DNA from: Kiritimatiellia bacterium
GTDB taxonomy: Bacteria; Verrucomicrobiota; Kiritimatiellia; RFP12; UBA1067
Length of the DNA stretch: 46,930 nt
Assembly: GCA_017507065.1 (NCBI GenBank)
Contig: JAFWBO010000093.1
Span: forward strand, 1-46,930
Direction: 5' to 3'
The translations under genes were made by a program, and so were the position numbers. The notes under the pieces are model-generated. The model did no database searches and had not been told where the DNA came from. It saw only the letters and a program-made list of their open reading frames with translations. The stretch's first letter is position 1, and the number at the start of each line of letters is the position of its first letter. Of this stretch, positions 1 through 6,971 are shown one piece after another.

Positions 1-1
1 C

Positions 2-466
2 TTCGCGTACGGCTCAAACCTCAACCCAGAACGGATGCGCCGCCGCATCCCCGACGCAAGGCCCGTGGGACGGGCTACGTTGCGCGGCTGGCGTCTGGTC
101 GAGCGTCTCTACGCCGACATCGAGAAAGCCCGTGGCGGGCGCGTTGAGGGCGTCCTCTACCTCGTCACGCCCACGGAGCTTCGGCGGCTCGACGCCTACG
201 AGGGCTACCCGAACATCTACAACTGCGTCAAGGTCATCGTCCACGCCGAGCTGATGGGCAATCGCATGACGCGCTACCGCATTCCGGCCTTCACCTACGC
301 GATGACGCCTTCGACGCGGAAGGAGCGCGACGGCAAGCCCTATCCGGAGGACTACCGCATCGTGTGCGCGACGGGAGCGAGGTATTGGGGACTGCCTAAC
401 GCCTTCGGCGCGTTGAAGCCCGAAAAGGAGAAGAGGTCGTGGTTCAGGCTCGGTGGCGGCTCGTGA
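2..466 (+). CDS. gamma-glutamylcyclotransferase (GGCT/AIG2-like) family protein, 5' end cut by the window edge
   Basis: The frame is already open at nt 2 and reads FAYGSNLNPERM..., containing the YGSNL motif of GGCT-fold enzymes. It runs into listed ORF 35..466 and stops at TGA 464-466. Confidence 0.7.
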   Translation, partial: FAYGSNLNPERMRRRIPDARPVGRATLRGWRLVERLYADIEKARGGRVEGVLYLVTPTELRRLDAYEGYPNIYNCVKVIVHAELMGNRMTRYRIPAFTYAMTPSTRKERDGKPYPEDYRIVCATGARYWGLPNAFGALKPEKEKRSWFRLGGGS

Positions 467-501
467 AGCCGTCGGAGCGGATCGAAAGATTTATGAAAAT
501 A

Positions 502-540
502 CCCGCTGGATATGATTGACGCAATACGCCATAATGTCGG
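502..540 (+). promoter_or_regulatory. Cassette-specific promoter-like motif, copy 1 (CCCGCTGGATAT-N16-CATAAT)
   Basis: CCCGCTGGATATGATTGACGCAATACGCCATAATGTCGG. TGGATA sits 17 nt upstream of CATAAT (530-535). The same architecture recurs at 672-710 and, inverted, at 4277-4315. Confidence 0.4.
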
Positions 541-671
541 ACGATGGGATAGGGACTCGATTCGCGCCCCCCGTGGGGGCTCGGCAAGTGAGCACCACGT
601 CTATTATGGCGTATCCGCCGAATCATATCAAGCGGGTAAAAGCATATTTTTCAGAAAAATATATTCAGATA

Positions 672-710
672 CCCGCTGGATATAGTCACGGAACTACGCC
701 ATAATGTGCG
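672..710 (+). promoter_or_regulatory. Cassette-specific promoter-like motif, copy 2, upstream of the plus-strand small-ORF module
   Basis: CCCGCTGGATATAGTCACGGAACTACGCCATAATGTGCGG, starting exactly 170 bp after copy 1. CATAAT is at 700-705. A perfect AT-rich palindrome ATATTTTTcagAAAAATAT (644-662) lies just upstream. The first ORF of the module starts 50-55 nt downstream. Confidence 0.45.
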
Positions 711-759
711 GCGTTGAAAGGCCACGGTGGCCAATCGCAAAGCAAAGGAAAGCAAAGCA

Positions 760-1116
760 ATGAAAAAGCATAAAGCAAAGGCAGCGAGAGCGGACGGCAA
801 AAAGGAAAAGGTCAGGGATTGGCTCCTGCGGGAGCATCCCGAAGAGGAGACCATGATCGGGGACTTCTCGAAGACGGTCACCTTCCAGGAGGTGGCCGAC
901 CGCATGAGGGCGGGCGAGGAGTTCTACGAAATCTGCGACTGCGGCGAATCGGTGCAGCGGGAATACTGCTTCGGCCGGATGGCCGAGCTTTTCGGGACCA
1001 ACTACGAGTATTGGTACCGGACTTGGCTCGACCGCAAGCCGCCGACGAGCCTCAAGCCCCGCGTTCCGAGGCGGACGATTGGCAAGTACGTCCTTGTGAC
1101 GAGAATCACGAAATAG
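760..1116 (+). CDS. hypothetical protein with a Lys-rich N-terminus (cassette cargo)
   Basis: Part of ORF 727..1116. The ATG at 760 is preceded by AAAGGAAAG 7-8 nt upstream. The track start at 727 is an in-frame GTG and is an alternative. No recognisable motif. Confidence 0.5.
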   Translation: MKKHKAKAARADGKKEKVRDWLLREHPEEETMIGDFSKTVTFQEVADRMRAGEEFYEICDCGESVQREYCFGRMAELFGTNYEYWYRTWLDRKPPTSLKPRVPRRTIGKYVLVTRITK

Positions 1117-1178
1117 CGACCCCGGCGGCGGGGACGGCGCATCGCCGCAACCCCGCCGCCGACACACGGAGAACCGAA

Positions 1179-1460
1179 ATGAAGAAGAGCGAATACGAAA
1201 TCAAGGTGACGGGAACGACTGGCAACTGGACGTTCGGAACCGTCCGGCGAGCCGGCGGCGGCGAGACCTTCGTCTTTCAGGCCAAGCACTACGATGAACC
1301 CTCGCGATTCGGCATCGACGGCGGTCGCGTCAGCAAGCTCTGCATCCGCAGGGACGGCGTTGCGAAGGATGTCATCGCCTACGAACGCGGCTGGCTCGTC
1401 GAGCCGCGCACAAAGGCGCACAGAGGCCTCCTGGCGGCGTTGAAGGAGAGATTCAACTAA
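1179..1460 (+). CDS. hypothetical protein (cassette cargo)
   Basis: ATG at 1179 preceded by GGAGAA. It is the C-terminal portion of track ORF 819..1460 (MKKSEYEIKVTGTTGNW...). The upstream part of that ORF is Arg/Gly-rich shadow sequence overlapping the previous gene. Confidence 0.5.
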   Translation: MKKSEYEIKVTGTTGNWTFGTVRRAGGGETFVFQAKHYDEPSRFGIDGGRVSKLCIRRDGVAKDVIAYERGWLVEPRTKAHRGLLAALKERFN

Positions 1461-1527
1461 ACACCCAAGCGGGCGCGGCAAGCCGCACAGCGCGGCCTGT
1501 CGCGCCCCACAAGCGAAAGGAAAGAGA

Positions 1528-1905
1528 ATGAAAACCGAATGGATTGTAACGGAGACCTCGCCCTACAGCGGCGAGAAGCCAGTTCGGACGGCCTACCCCA
1601 GCGTCGAGGAGGCGCGGGCGGCAGTCGAAAAGACCATCTGCGAACTGCTGGCCGGAGACAGCCCGCATTTCGATCCGGCTGACGTATACTGGCCGGACGA
1701 GAACCGAGCCTGCATCGGTGACGAGATCACTTGGAAAATCGAACCACACGAAACACCAACCAGAAAGGAGAACACCATGAACAAGCTAAAGAATGAAGTC
1801 CGTGCGATCATCGAGAACTACAATCCGAAGGCCGACTTCGAGGAGACGATTCTCAAGCTCGCGTCCGTCGGCTACAAGATGGAGGAGACCCTGATGCACA
1901 CATAA
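1528..1905 (+). CDS. hypothetical protein (cassette cargo), possibly a fusion of two small genes
   Basis: ATG at 1528 preceded by AAAGGAAAGAGA. A second in-frame ATG at 1777 is preceded by AAAGGAGAA. Stop TAA at 1903-1905. Confidence 0.5.
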   Translation: MKTEWIVTETSPYSGEKPVRTAYPSVEEARAAVEKTICELLAGDSPHFDPADVYWPDENRACIGDEITWKIEPHETPTRKENTMNKLKNEVRAIIENYNPKADFEETILKLASVGYKMEETLMHT

Positions 1906-1935
1906 AACGAGAACACTTTGTTTCCGATTGCTTTT

Positions 1936-1965
1936 GGCGCTGGGTGTCAGTCGATGCCCAGCGCC
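1936..1965. terminator. Hairpin between the convergent modules (GGCGCTGGG-N12-CCCAGCGCC)
   Basis: Perfect 9-bp inverted repeat at 1936-1944 and 1957-1965, at the junction of the plus and minus modules. It overlaps the stop codon of the minus-strand gene ending at 1947. The flanking U-tract is weak. Confidence 0.35.
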
Positions 1966-2348
1966 TTATGCTGTTCCGCCCAGAGGGGCGTCTGGAGCTT
2001 CATGAGCGTTTCGAGCGAAACGTGCGGCAAGTCTCCTGCGGCGATCTTCTCCACGATGTACGGCGAGAGGTAGCCGAGGCGGATGACCCGCGTGAGGTAG
2101 GACGAGTCTATGCGCAGATGCTCCGCCATCTTGAACCTCGTCGGGAAGCGGTCGCTGGCGGCAATCCTTCGCCACAGGACGCCCAGAGCGACCGTCTGCA
2201 CGGTCGCAAGCTCCTTGTTGCGTTCTCGGTTGCGTCCGTCCTCCCGCGCGAACAGACGGCCTCCTGCGGGCGTTCTGGTGAACGTCAGCGGGACGTGCGC
2301 CACGAGCGTTCCGTTCGACATGGCCTTGTAGGTTGTGTTGTCAGGCAT
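1947..2348 (-). CDS. recombinase-associated small protein, putative DNA-binding accessory factor
   Basis: 133-aa ORF whose ATG (2348) overlaps the recombinase 3' end by 8 nt. The C-terminal half (SYLTRVIRLGYLSPYIVEKIAAGDLP) looks like an HTH or ParB-type helix region. The family was not identified with certainty. Confidence 0.45.
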   Translation of the reverse strand: MPDNTTYKAMSNGTLVAHVPLTFTRTPAGGRLFAREDGRNRERNKELATVQTVALGVLWRRIAASDRFPTRFKMAEHLRIDSSYLTRVIRLGYLSPYIVEKIAAGDLPHVSLETLMKLQTPLWAEQHKALGID

Positions 2349-3645
2349 GGTTTCTCATCTCCTCCGCTATCTGCTTCGCGCCGTTGGTGTTGAAGAATAT
2401 GTCGAGGCCGTCCTCGCTCAAGCGCAGCTCCCGGATGAGGGCGTGTACTATCCGGGAGCGTTCGACCGGGTAGAGCTGCTCGATGAAGTCTGCGAGGTTG
2501 CCGAGAGTGTCCTCGGTCGCGTCCTTCAGCTCCGGCTTCAGTTCGGCGAGCATCTTGTGGAACGTGGGCGTGGTGAGAATCTTGCCGAGTTCGTTCCACA
2601 CGGGGCGTTCCAGCTCCTTCGACGAAATGACGCGAACCGGGCAGGTCGGCACGGCGCGGGCGTGGTCTTTGACGCACCGGTAGTAGATGAACCGGCGTCC
2701 CGCCTTCATCGTGTAGCCGGGCGTCATGAGGCAGTTGCAATGGCCGCATTTGAGGATTCCCCTGAACTCGGCTATCGACTGCATTCTCTGCGAGGCTTCG
2801 CGGTCGGCTGTGTTCTCCGCCGCAACCTTGCGCGCCAGCGCCCACTGTTCGCTCGTGACGAGCGGCGTGTGGATTCCCTTGTACTCGATGCCCTCGTAGG
2901 CCACAAGCCCCTTGTAGGCGATGTTCTGGAGGATTTTGTAGACGTGCCGCGTCAGCCACGGAGTCCCCGGCTCCTTGGGTCCGAACCGGTCGTTCAGCTC
3001 TTTTGCGACCTGCTTGGCGCTTTTGATGACCGGGTAGCGCTCGAAGATGAAGCGTATCGACTCGGCCTTCGTCTCGTCCACGACGAGTTCCGAATCCTCG
3101 TTCTTCTTGTATCCGTATGGGGTCGCGGCGGCAGACCAGCGTCCGGCGGCTCTCGCGGCGCGGAGCTGTCCGAGGATGCGCTCGGAGTCCATCTCGCGCT
3201 CCAGCTCGGCGAAGTCCATCATGATGCCGGTGGTTGCGCGTCCGGTTGAGGTCTTGAGTTCTATCGACTGCGTGGCGCAGGCGATTTCGACGCCGTGCTG
3301 GCGCAACTCGTGTTCGATATTCCAGAAGTCGCGCTTGTTGCGGTTGATGCGGTCGAGCTTGTAGATGACGATGATGTCGATCTCGCCGTTGCGGACATCG
3401 CGCATCATCCTCTGGAAAGCCGGGCGGTCGGTCGTGCCGCCGGAAAAGCCGCCGTCCTCGAACACCTGCCCCGTGTACTGCCAGCCGTCCCCGGCGTGGC
3501 TCTCGATGAACCGGAGGCAGGTGTCGCGCTGTGCGTCGATTGACGTGTAGTTGCGGTCGAGACCTTCGGAACTCGACTTGCGGCAATAGATGACGCACCG
3601 TCTTGTGGCTGCGCTCACGGGCGTTTCTGTCCTCTGCTGCGGCAT
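2341..3645 (-). CDS. large serine recombinase (resolvase/invertase N-terminal domain, recombinase domain and zinc ribbon)
   Basis: N-terminus reads CVIYCRKSSSEGLDRNYTSIDAQR (catalytic Ser context), followed by GGFSGGTTDRPAFQRMM and IDIIVIYKLDRINRN. A Cys cluster follows: CGHCNCLM...YYRC...CP. The ATG at 3645 was chosen because it is preceded by GGAGAGGAG and directly follows the DUF2924 stop. Confidence 0.9.
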   Translation of the reverse strand: MPQQRTETPVSAATRRCVIYCRKSSSEGLDRNYTSIDAQRDTCLRFIESHAGDGWQYTGQVFEDGGFSGGTTDRPAFQRMMRDVRNGEIDIIVIYKLDRINRNKRDFWNIEHELRQHGVEIACATQSIELKTSTGRATTGIMMDFAELEREMDSERILGQLRAARAAGRWSAAATPYGYKKNEDSELVVDETKAESIRFIFERYPVIKSAKQVAKELNDRFGPKEPGTPWLTRHVYKILQNIAYKGLVAYEGIEYKGIHTPLVTSEQWALARKVAAENTADREASQRMQSIAEFRGILKCGHCNCLMTPGYTMKAGRRFIYYRCVKDHARAVPTCPVRVISSKELERPVWNELGKILTTPTFHKMLAELKPELKDATEDTLGNLADFIEQLYPVERSRIVHALIRELRLSEDGLDIFFNTNGAKQIAEEMRNHA

Positions 3646-3647
3646 GG

Positions 3648-4088
3648 CTATCTCCTCTCCTTGAGGGGCGGCATATGGAAGAACTCGCGCCCGTTCCAGT
3701 TGGACCCGGTGATGAGCTTTGCGACCTCGGAGGGCGAGTGGTACATCTGACCCTCGTATTCGTACTGCCTGCCGCCCCGGTAGACGAGGACGTACTTCTT
3801 GCCGTGCCATTCACGCACGTACTGCGCTCCCGCCGCATGGGGCTCTCGCTCATTCTTTTTGCCCTCGCGCTTTTCGAGGGCGTCGTTCAGAATCTCCGCC
3901 GTCTCGGTTCCGACCGTCTTGCGGTAGTGCCGCTCCTGCAACTTGTAGATGATTTCCGAGCGCAGGCTGGCGGTAGAGCGCGTCGAGTTCTCGCCGAAGA
4001 AGTGTCCGTAGCGGGCTCGGAGAGCCTGCGAATCCATCCGCGAGACCGCATTGATCTCGGTCAATAGGGAATTGGGCAGGCTTTCCAT
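3648..4088 (-). CDS. DUF2924-like protein, a usual partner of large serine recombinases
   Basis: 146-aa ORF immediately upstream of the recombinase. Pattern: LRARY...REW.GK.Y.V......YEYEGQMYHSPSEVAKLITGSNWNGREFF. The family was assigned from memory of this pattern. Confidence 0.6.
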   Translation of the reverse strand: MESLPNSLLTEINAVSRMDSQALRARYGHFFGENSTRSTASLRSEIIYKLQERHYRKTVGTETAEILNDALEKREGKKNEREPHAAGAQYVREWHGKKYVLVYRGGRQYEYEGQMYHSPSEVAKLITGSNWNGREFFHMPPLKERR

Positions 4089-4199
4089 TTACGATGCCTC
4101 CTTTTGAACACGACGCTTCTCGGCAAGGCGCGCGATGGCGTCTGCCATCACCCGCGCGGCATCGAGAAGGCTCTCTTGGACTTTCTGGTTGCTTTCCAT
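4089..4199 (-). CDS. 36-aa small ORF leading the recombinase operon
   Basis: ATG at 4199 preceded by AAAGGAGAT at 7-nt spacing. Its TAA stop (4089-4091) abuts the DUF2924 ATG. The rest of track ORF 4089..4415 runs through the promoter motif and is rejected. Confidence 0.4.
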   Translation of the reverse strand: MESNQKVQESLLDAARVMADAIARLAEKRRVQKEAS

Positions 4200-4276
4200 G
4201 ACTTCATCTCCTTTGGCATTCTCTATCACCGCCTCCGGGCAGGAGGTAGCGAGATTCCGCCAACAAAATTCACTAC

Positions 4277-4315
4277 CGCATATACTGGCGTATATTCGCC
4301 GACATATCCAGCGGG
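4277..4315 (-). promoter_or_regulatory. Cassette-specific promoter-like motif, copy 3 (inverted), upstream of the recombinase operon
   Basis: The minus strand reads CCCGCTGGATATGTCGGCGAATATACGCCAGTATATGCGG, with the same TGGATA-17-CA(T/G)(A/T)AT layout. The palindrome AATAGTcACTATT lies just upstream. Confidence 0.45.
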
Positions 4316-4538
4316 AATAGTGACTATTTTCGGAGTGTGCGGATGCCTGCTCTATCTCTATCATACTTGACATCCCAAACAGGACAACAGAGAAGAGAAG
4401 TCGCGTTCCACCCAATAATACAAGGGCTTTCGGGTTTTGGACGGCATCCGAAAAGCAAATAGGGTTTTCGCCAGGAATAGAGGACGCCTGCGGAGAGAGA
4501 CGGAGAGCGAGTCCCTATAACGGCAGGGCGGTATAGCG

Positions 4539-4562
4539 AAAAAGCCCCAAACACGGGGCTTT
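4539..4562 (-). terminator. Rho-independent terminator downstream of ssrA
   Basis: The minus strand reads AAAGCCCCgtgtttGGGGCTTTTTCGC: an 8-bp stem, a 6-nt loop and a run of 5 T, about 55 nt after the tmRNA CCA end. Confidence 0.7.
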
Positions 4563-4616
4563 ATTGCGATGCGGGAAACCGTGCCGTTTTGGACGGCGCA
4601 AGAGTCCCTAAAATAT

Positions 4617-4970
4617 TGGTGGAGGTGAGGGGAGTCGAACCCCTGTCCGAAACGGCATCACCCGAGCTTCTACGCGTGTATTGCACCATTGATCTCGGAA
4701 GCGGTATGCCGATGCACGGGCTTATCCGTTTCCATCCGTTCGGTTCGGCACCCTGCAGCGTCCGAGCGGAGAACCCTGCAGCGTGGCCTGCTGTATAATG
4801 CCTCGGCGCTCAGCAGACATCGGCGCTCCGGCATCGCGGCCGTTTACTTAGGCGGCGAGAGCGTAATCGTTGTTCGCAATTACTTTTTTCCCTCGTTTTT
4901 TACGTGGCCGACGAGGATCCACGACGCGCAACCCGACCTCAACACATTCCGTCGAAACCGGATCACCCCC
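4617..4970 (-). ncRNA. ssrA: tmRNA (SsrA), one-piece, 354 nt
   Basis: The minus strand starts GGGGGTGATCCGGTTTCGACGG and ends GGGGTTCGACTCCCCTCACCTCCACCA. The acceptor stem has the G3:U pair. The internal tag reading frame GCGAACAACGATTACGCTCTCGCCGCCTAA encodes ANNDYALAA plus a stop. Confidence 0.95.
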
Positions 4971-4986
4971 AGAAAAACATGGCGAA

Positions 4987-5015
4987 ATTATAGCAAATCA
5001 CCCGCGCCAATTCAA
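4987..5015 (-). promoter_or_regulatory. sigma70-type promoter of ssrA (TTGAAT-17-TATAAT)
   Basis: Minus strand: TTGAAT (5015-5010), 17-nt spacer, TATAAT (4992-4987), 16 nt before the mature 5' end. The -35 overlaps the TBDR stop codon. Confidence 0.7.
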
Positions 5016-6970
5016 GACCCAATGCAAATTTTCACGCCTAAATAAAACATGACGCCGGGCATCGGATAACCGGGAAAATATTCATAATGGCTGTTCGTGA
5101 AATTTTCAACCGCCGCATACGCCTCCGAACCCGCCGGCAGAAATCCGTCGAGCGCACACGAAAGACGCGTGTTGAAAACAAACGCGTCGCCCGTCTTCTC
5201 CAGCCGGGCGCTGTCGGACGACGAACGCGTCGAATACGCATTCATAGATCCTATATACTCTCCGTCGACGTTCCATTTCACTCTTTCGCATATCCGCCAC
5301 GAAACACCCGCCGAAAACGACCACTCCGGAAGCCTCGAAACCGGATGCGTGTGCGCAACCGTCCAAGCGCCTCCGGCAAACAACGATGCACGGCCGTCGA
5401 AAAGCCCCAAATGCGCCGACCCCTCCAGGCCGCTGCTCTCCATGCCGCCGGCATTGACATATCCCCAGGCCGTCCTGTCTATCCTGTCGGCCACCCTCGT
5501 GTGGAAAAACACGAGCGACGCTTCGCCGTCGTCACCATGCACCTTGCCGCCGCTCGAGAAATAATCCATCTTTTCGGCACCGAGCGCATGCTTCGCAAAA
5601 TCATCCGAAACGGCGCGCGTGTAGATCCCTGGATAATGGATGCCGCGCTCCGCGTTCGCGAAAATCTCGAGCGTGTCGCGCCACGACACTTTCAACGCCC
5701 CGCCCGGCCCCCACTCGTTTTCATAGACGCTGTGCATAAAAGCCCGCGCTCCGGCCGACGGCTCCAGCTTCCAGTCGCCGCCGGCGCCGTCGAGAGGAAT
5801 CGAGCCGGACGCGCCGGCATACGGCATGACGGAAACGAATCTCGCCTTGAATCCCGACACTCGCGCTCCATCGGAAAATCTCGTGTTCGCCGTATGCCCG
5901 CCTTCCGAAGATGCATCGATCGATCCGATCAGCGAAAAATATTCGTTCGGCGAAATCTCGTATCTGTTCCTCGTGCCCCAGTTGAGCCAGGTCGTGTCCG
6001 CCGTGCCTGCCGGCGAAAAAAGATTTCCGTCCACAAGATGGTCCTTGCGCCATTCTATGGACCCGTGCTCCACGTACACGAGCGAATATCCCTCTATCCA
6101 GTCCCGCGCGGTATCGAACCTGACCGCATACATATCGGTCGAAAGATCGAACCTGTCGAAGCGGGGCTTCGCCGCGCCCTTTCTGCCCGGGTCTTCCACG
6201 GAACTGTCGGTGCGCCGGTATATGAACGCCGCGCTCTCCGTTTCCGAAAGATCGGCGCCTATGCGGGCGAAAGCCGACGAGAGCGTCGCCTTGGAATGCT
6301 CGCGCGCTCCATCCGACCGCTTGAAAGAAACGCCGCCGTAGACATCGCCCGCGCCTTCCTTCGCACCGCCGGAAAACGAAGAGAGAAAAGTGGAGAAACG
6401 CCCGTACGCCGTGTTCATCTCCCCTTCGAAACCTTCTTCGCGGCGGCGGCGCGTCTCGAGCTCCACCGAAGCGAACGCGCCGGCCGTGCGCGAAAGCTGC
6501 GGATGCTTGCGCACCGTCACCGATTCGGCGAAATCTATCGGCACCGAGTCCATGAGAGGATGTCCCCATACGCCCGATTCTCTCGGCACTCCGTCGGAAT
6601 AGATGCGCACTTCCCCCCCGGGCCGAGACGTCCCCGCCCCGCGCACGTAAACGCTGCCTCCCTGTCCGCCGCCGTAGCTCCCTATCGGGGAATATCTCGA
6701 TATCGACACTCCCGGTATCTGGTGCAACGCCGTCTGAAGATCCTGCGCGGCAAGAGAATCGATCTGCCTGCGAGAAACGAAAGAGCTCTGCGAACCGTCG
6801 CGGCCTATAAGCTCGCCTTCGGTTATCGGCGTGGCCGAAACGAGAACCGTTCCGACAGAAGCGGCGGAACGAGTCCGCCCGGCATCTCCGTCGGCGGCCA
6901 GCGCGGCCGTGCCGGCGAATAACACCGTCAAAGCCAGTCCGGCCGGCGCAGACGAAAAACCGCTTTCCAT
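5012..6970 (-). CDS. TonB-dependent outer-membrane receptor
   Basis: Signal-peptide-like start MESGFSSAPAGLALTVLFAGTAALA. Plug-domain pattern: IDSLAAQDLQTALHQIPGVSISRY...GGSVYVRGAG...VRIYSDGVP. A long beta-barrel region rich in alternating aromatic and Gly residues follows. The ATG at 6970 was chosen; the track ORF extends to 7234 into queE. Confidence 0.85.
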   Translation of the reverse strand: MESGFSSAPAGLALTVLFAGTAALAADGDAGRTRSAASVGTVLVSATPITEGELIGRDGSQSSFVSRRQIDSLAAQDLQTALHQIPGVSISRYSPIGSYGGGQGGSVYVRGAGTSRPGGEVRIYSDGVPRESGVWGHPLMDSVPIDFAESVTVRKHPQLSRTAGAFASVELETRRRREEGFEGEMNTAYGRFSTFLSSFSGGAKEGAGDVYGGVSFKRSDGAREHSKATLSSAFARIGADLSETESAAFIYRRTDSSVEDPGRKGAAKPRFDRFDLSTDMYAVRFDTARDWIEGYSLVYVEHGSIEWRKDHLVDGNLFSPAGTADTTWLNWGTRNRYEISPNEYFSLIGSIDASSEGGHTANTRFSDGARVSGFKARFVSVMPYAGASGSIPLDGAGGDWKLEPSAGARAFMHSVYENEWGPGGALKVSWRDTLEIFANAERGIHYPGIYTRAVSDDFAKHALGAEKMDYFSSGGKVHGDDGEASLVFFHTRVADRIDRTAWGYVNAGGMESSGLEGSAHLGLFDGRASLFAGGAWTVAHTHPVSRLPEWSFSAGVSWRICERVKWNVDGEYIGSMNAYSTRSSSDSARLEKTGDAFVFNTRLSCALDGFLPAGSEAYAAVENFTNSHYEYFPGYPMPGVMFYLGVKICIGS

Positions 6971-6971
6971 T

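Larger units (their letters stand above)
497..4330. mobile_element. Putative serine-recombinase cassette or integrated element next to ssrA (boundaries approximate)
   Basis: Contains the recombinase, DUF2924, an accessory protein and three small orphan ORFs. Inverted copies of the 40-bp motif sit near both ends. Both flanks (466-730 and 4200-4560) are visibly AT-richer. The segment lies between a housekeeping-type GGCT gene and the tmRNA terminator. Confidence 0.5.

Noticed and set aside
516-704. 62-aa ORF spanning motif copies 1 and 2
   Set aside because: It starts at a TTG inside motif copy 1 and ends inside copy 2. It has no SD, and its internal ATG (534) overlaps the putative -10 box. 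It is more likely a non-coding regulatory region.
2285-3853. Same-strand alternate-frame ORFs with extreme Arg content, for example 2285..3853, 12380..13426, 18410..19927, 20494..21975, 41603..43555, 43908..44912 and the upstream 450 aa of 31196..33025.
   Set aside because: They overlap well-supported genes (serine recombinase, PilT, the 689-aa protein, the MurU/AmgK fusion, PbpC, A2M, CapD) in another frame. Their RRRR/GRR-rich composition is typical of out-of-frame GC-rich translation.
4089-4415. Full 108-aa ORF upstream of the DUF2924 gene
   Set aside because: Its N-terminal two-thirds runs through the promoter-like motif (4277-4315) and AT-rich non-coding-looking sequence. Only the last 36 codons, which have a good SD, were kept.
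4617-4700. tRNA-like 3' end (T-arm and CCA) that could be read as a tRNA gene
   Set aside because: The 5' partner of the acceptor stem lies 354 nt away, and the intervening sequence contains a tag ORF (ANNDYALAA*). It is the tRNA-like domain of tmRNA, not a tRNA.
5087-6922. 611-aa plus-strand ORF antisense to the TonB-dependent receptor. Similar long antisense ORFs occur at 7910..9181, 9055..10269, 10140..11909, 13228..15087, 15638..17029, 18553..20676, 24866..26404, 28573..30363, 33675..35096, 36048..37319 and 41707..42573.
   Set aside because: Their products are Arg/Gly/Pro/Ala-rich and low in complexity, with no motifs. Each lies exactly opposite a gene with clear family signatures. In high-GC DNA, stop codons are rare on the antisense strand of real genes, so these are shadow ORFs.
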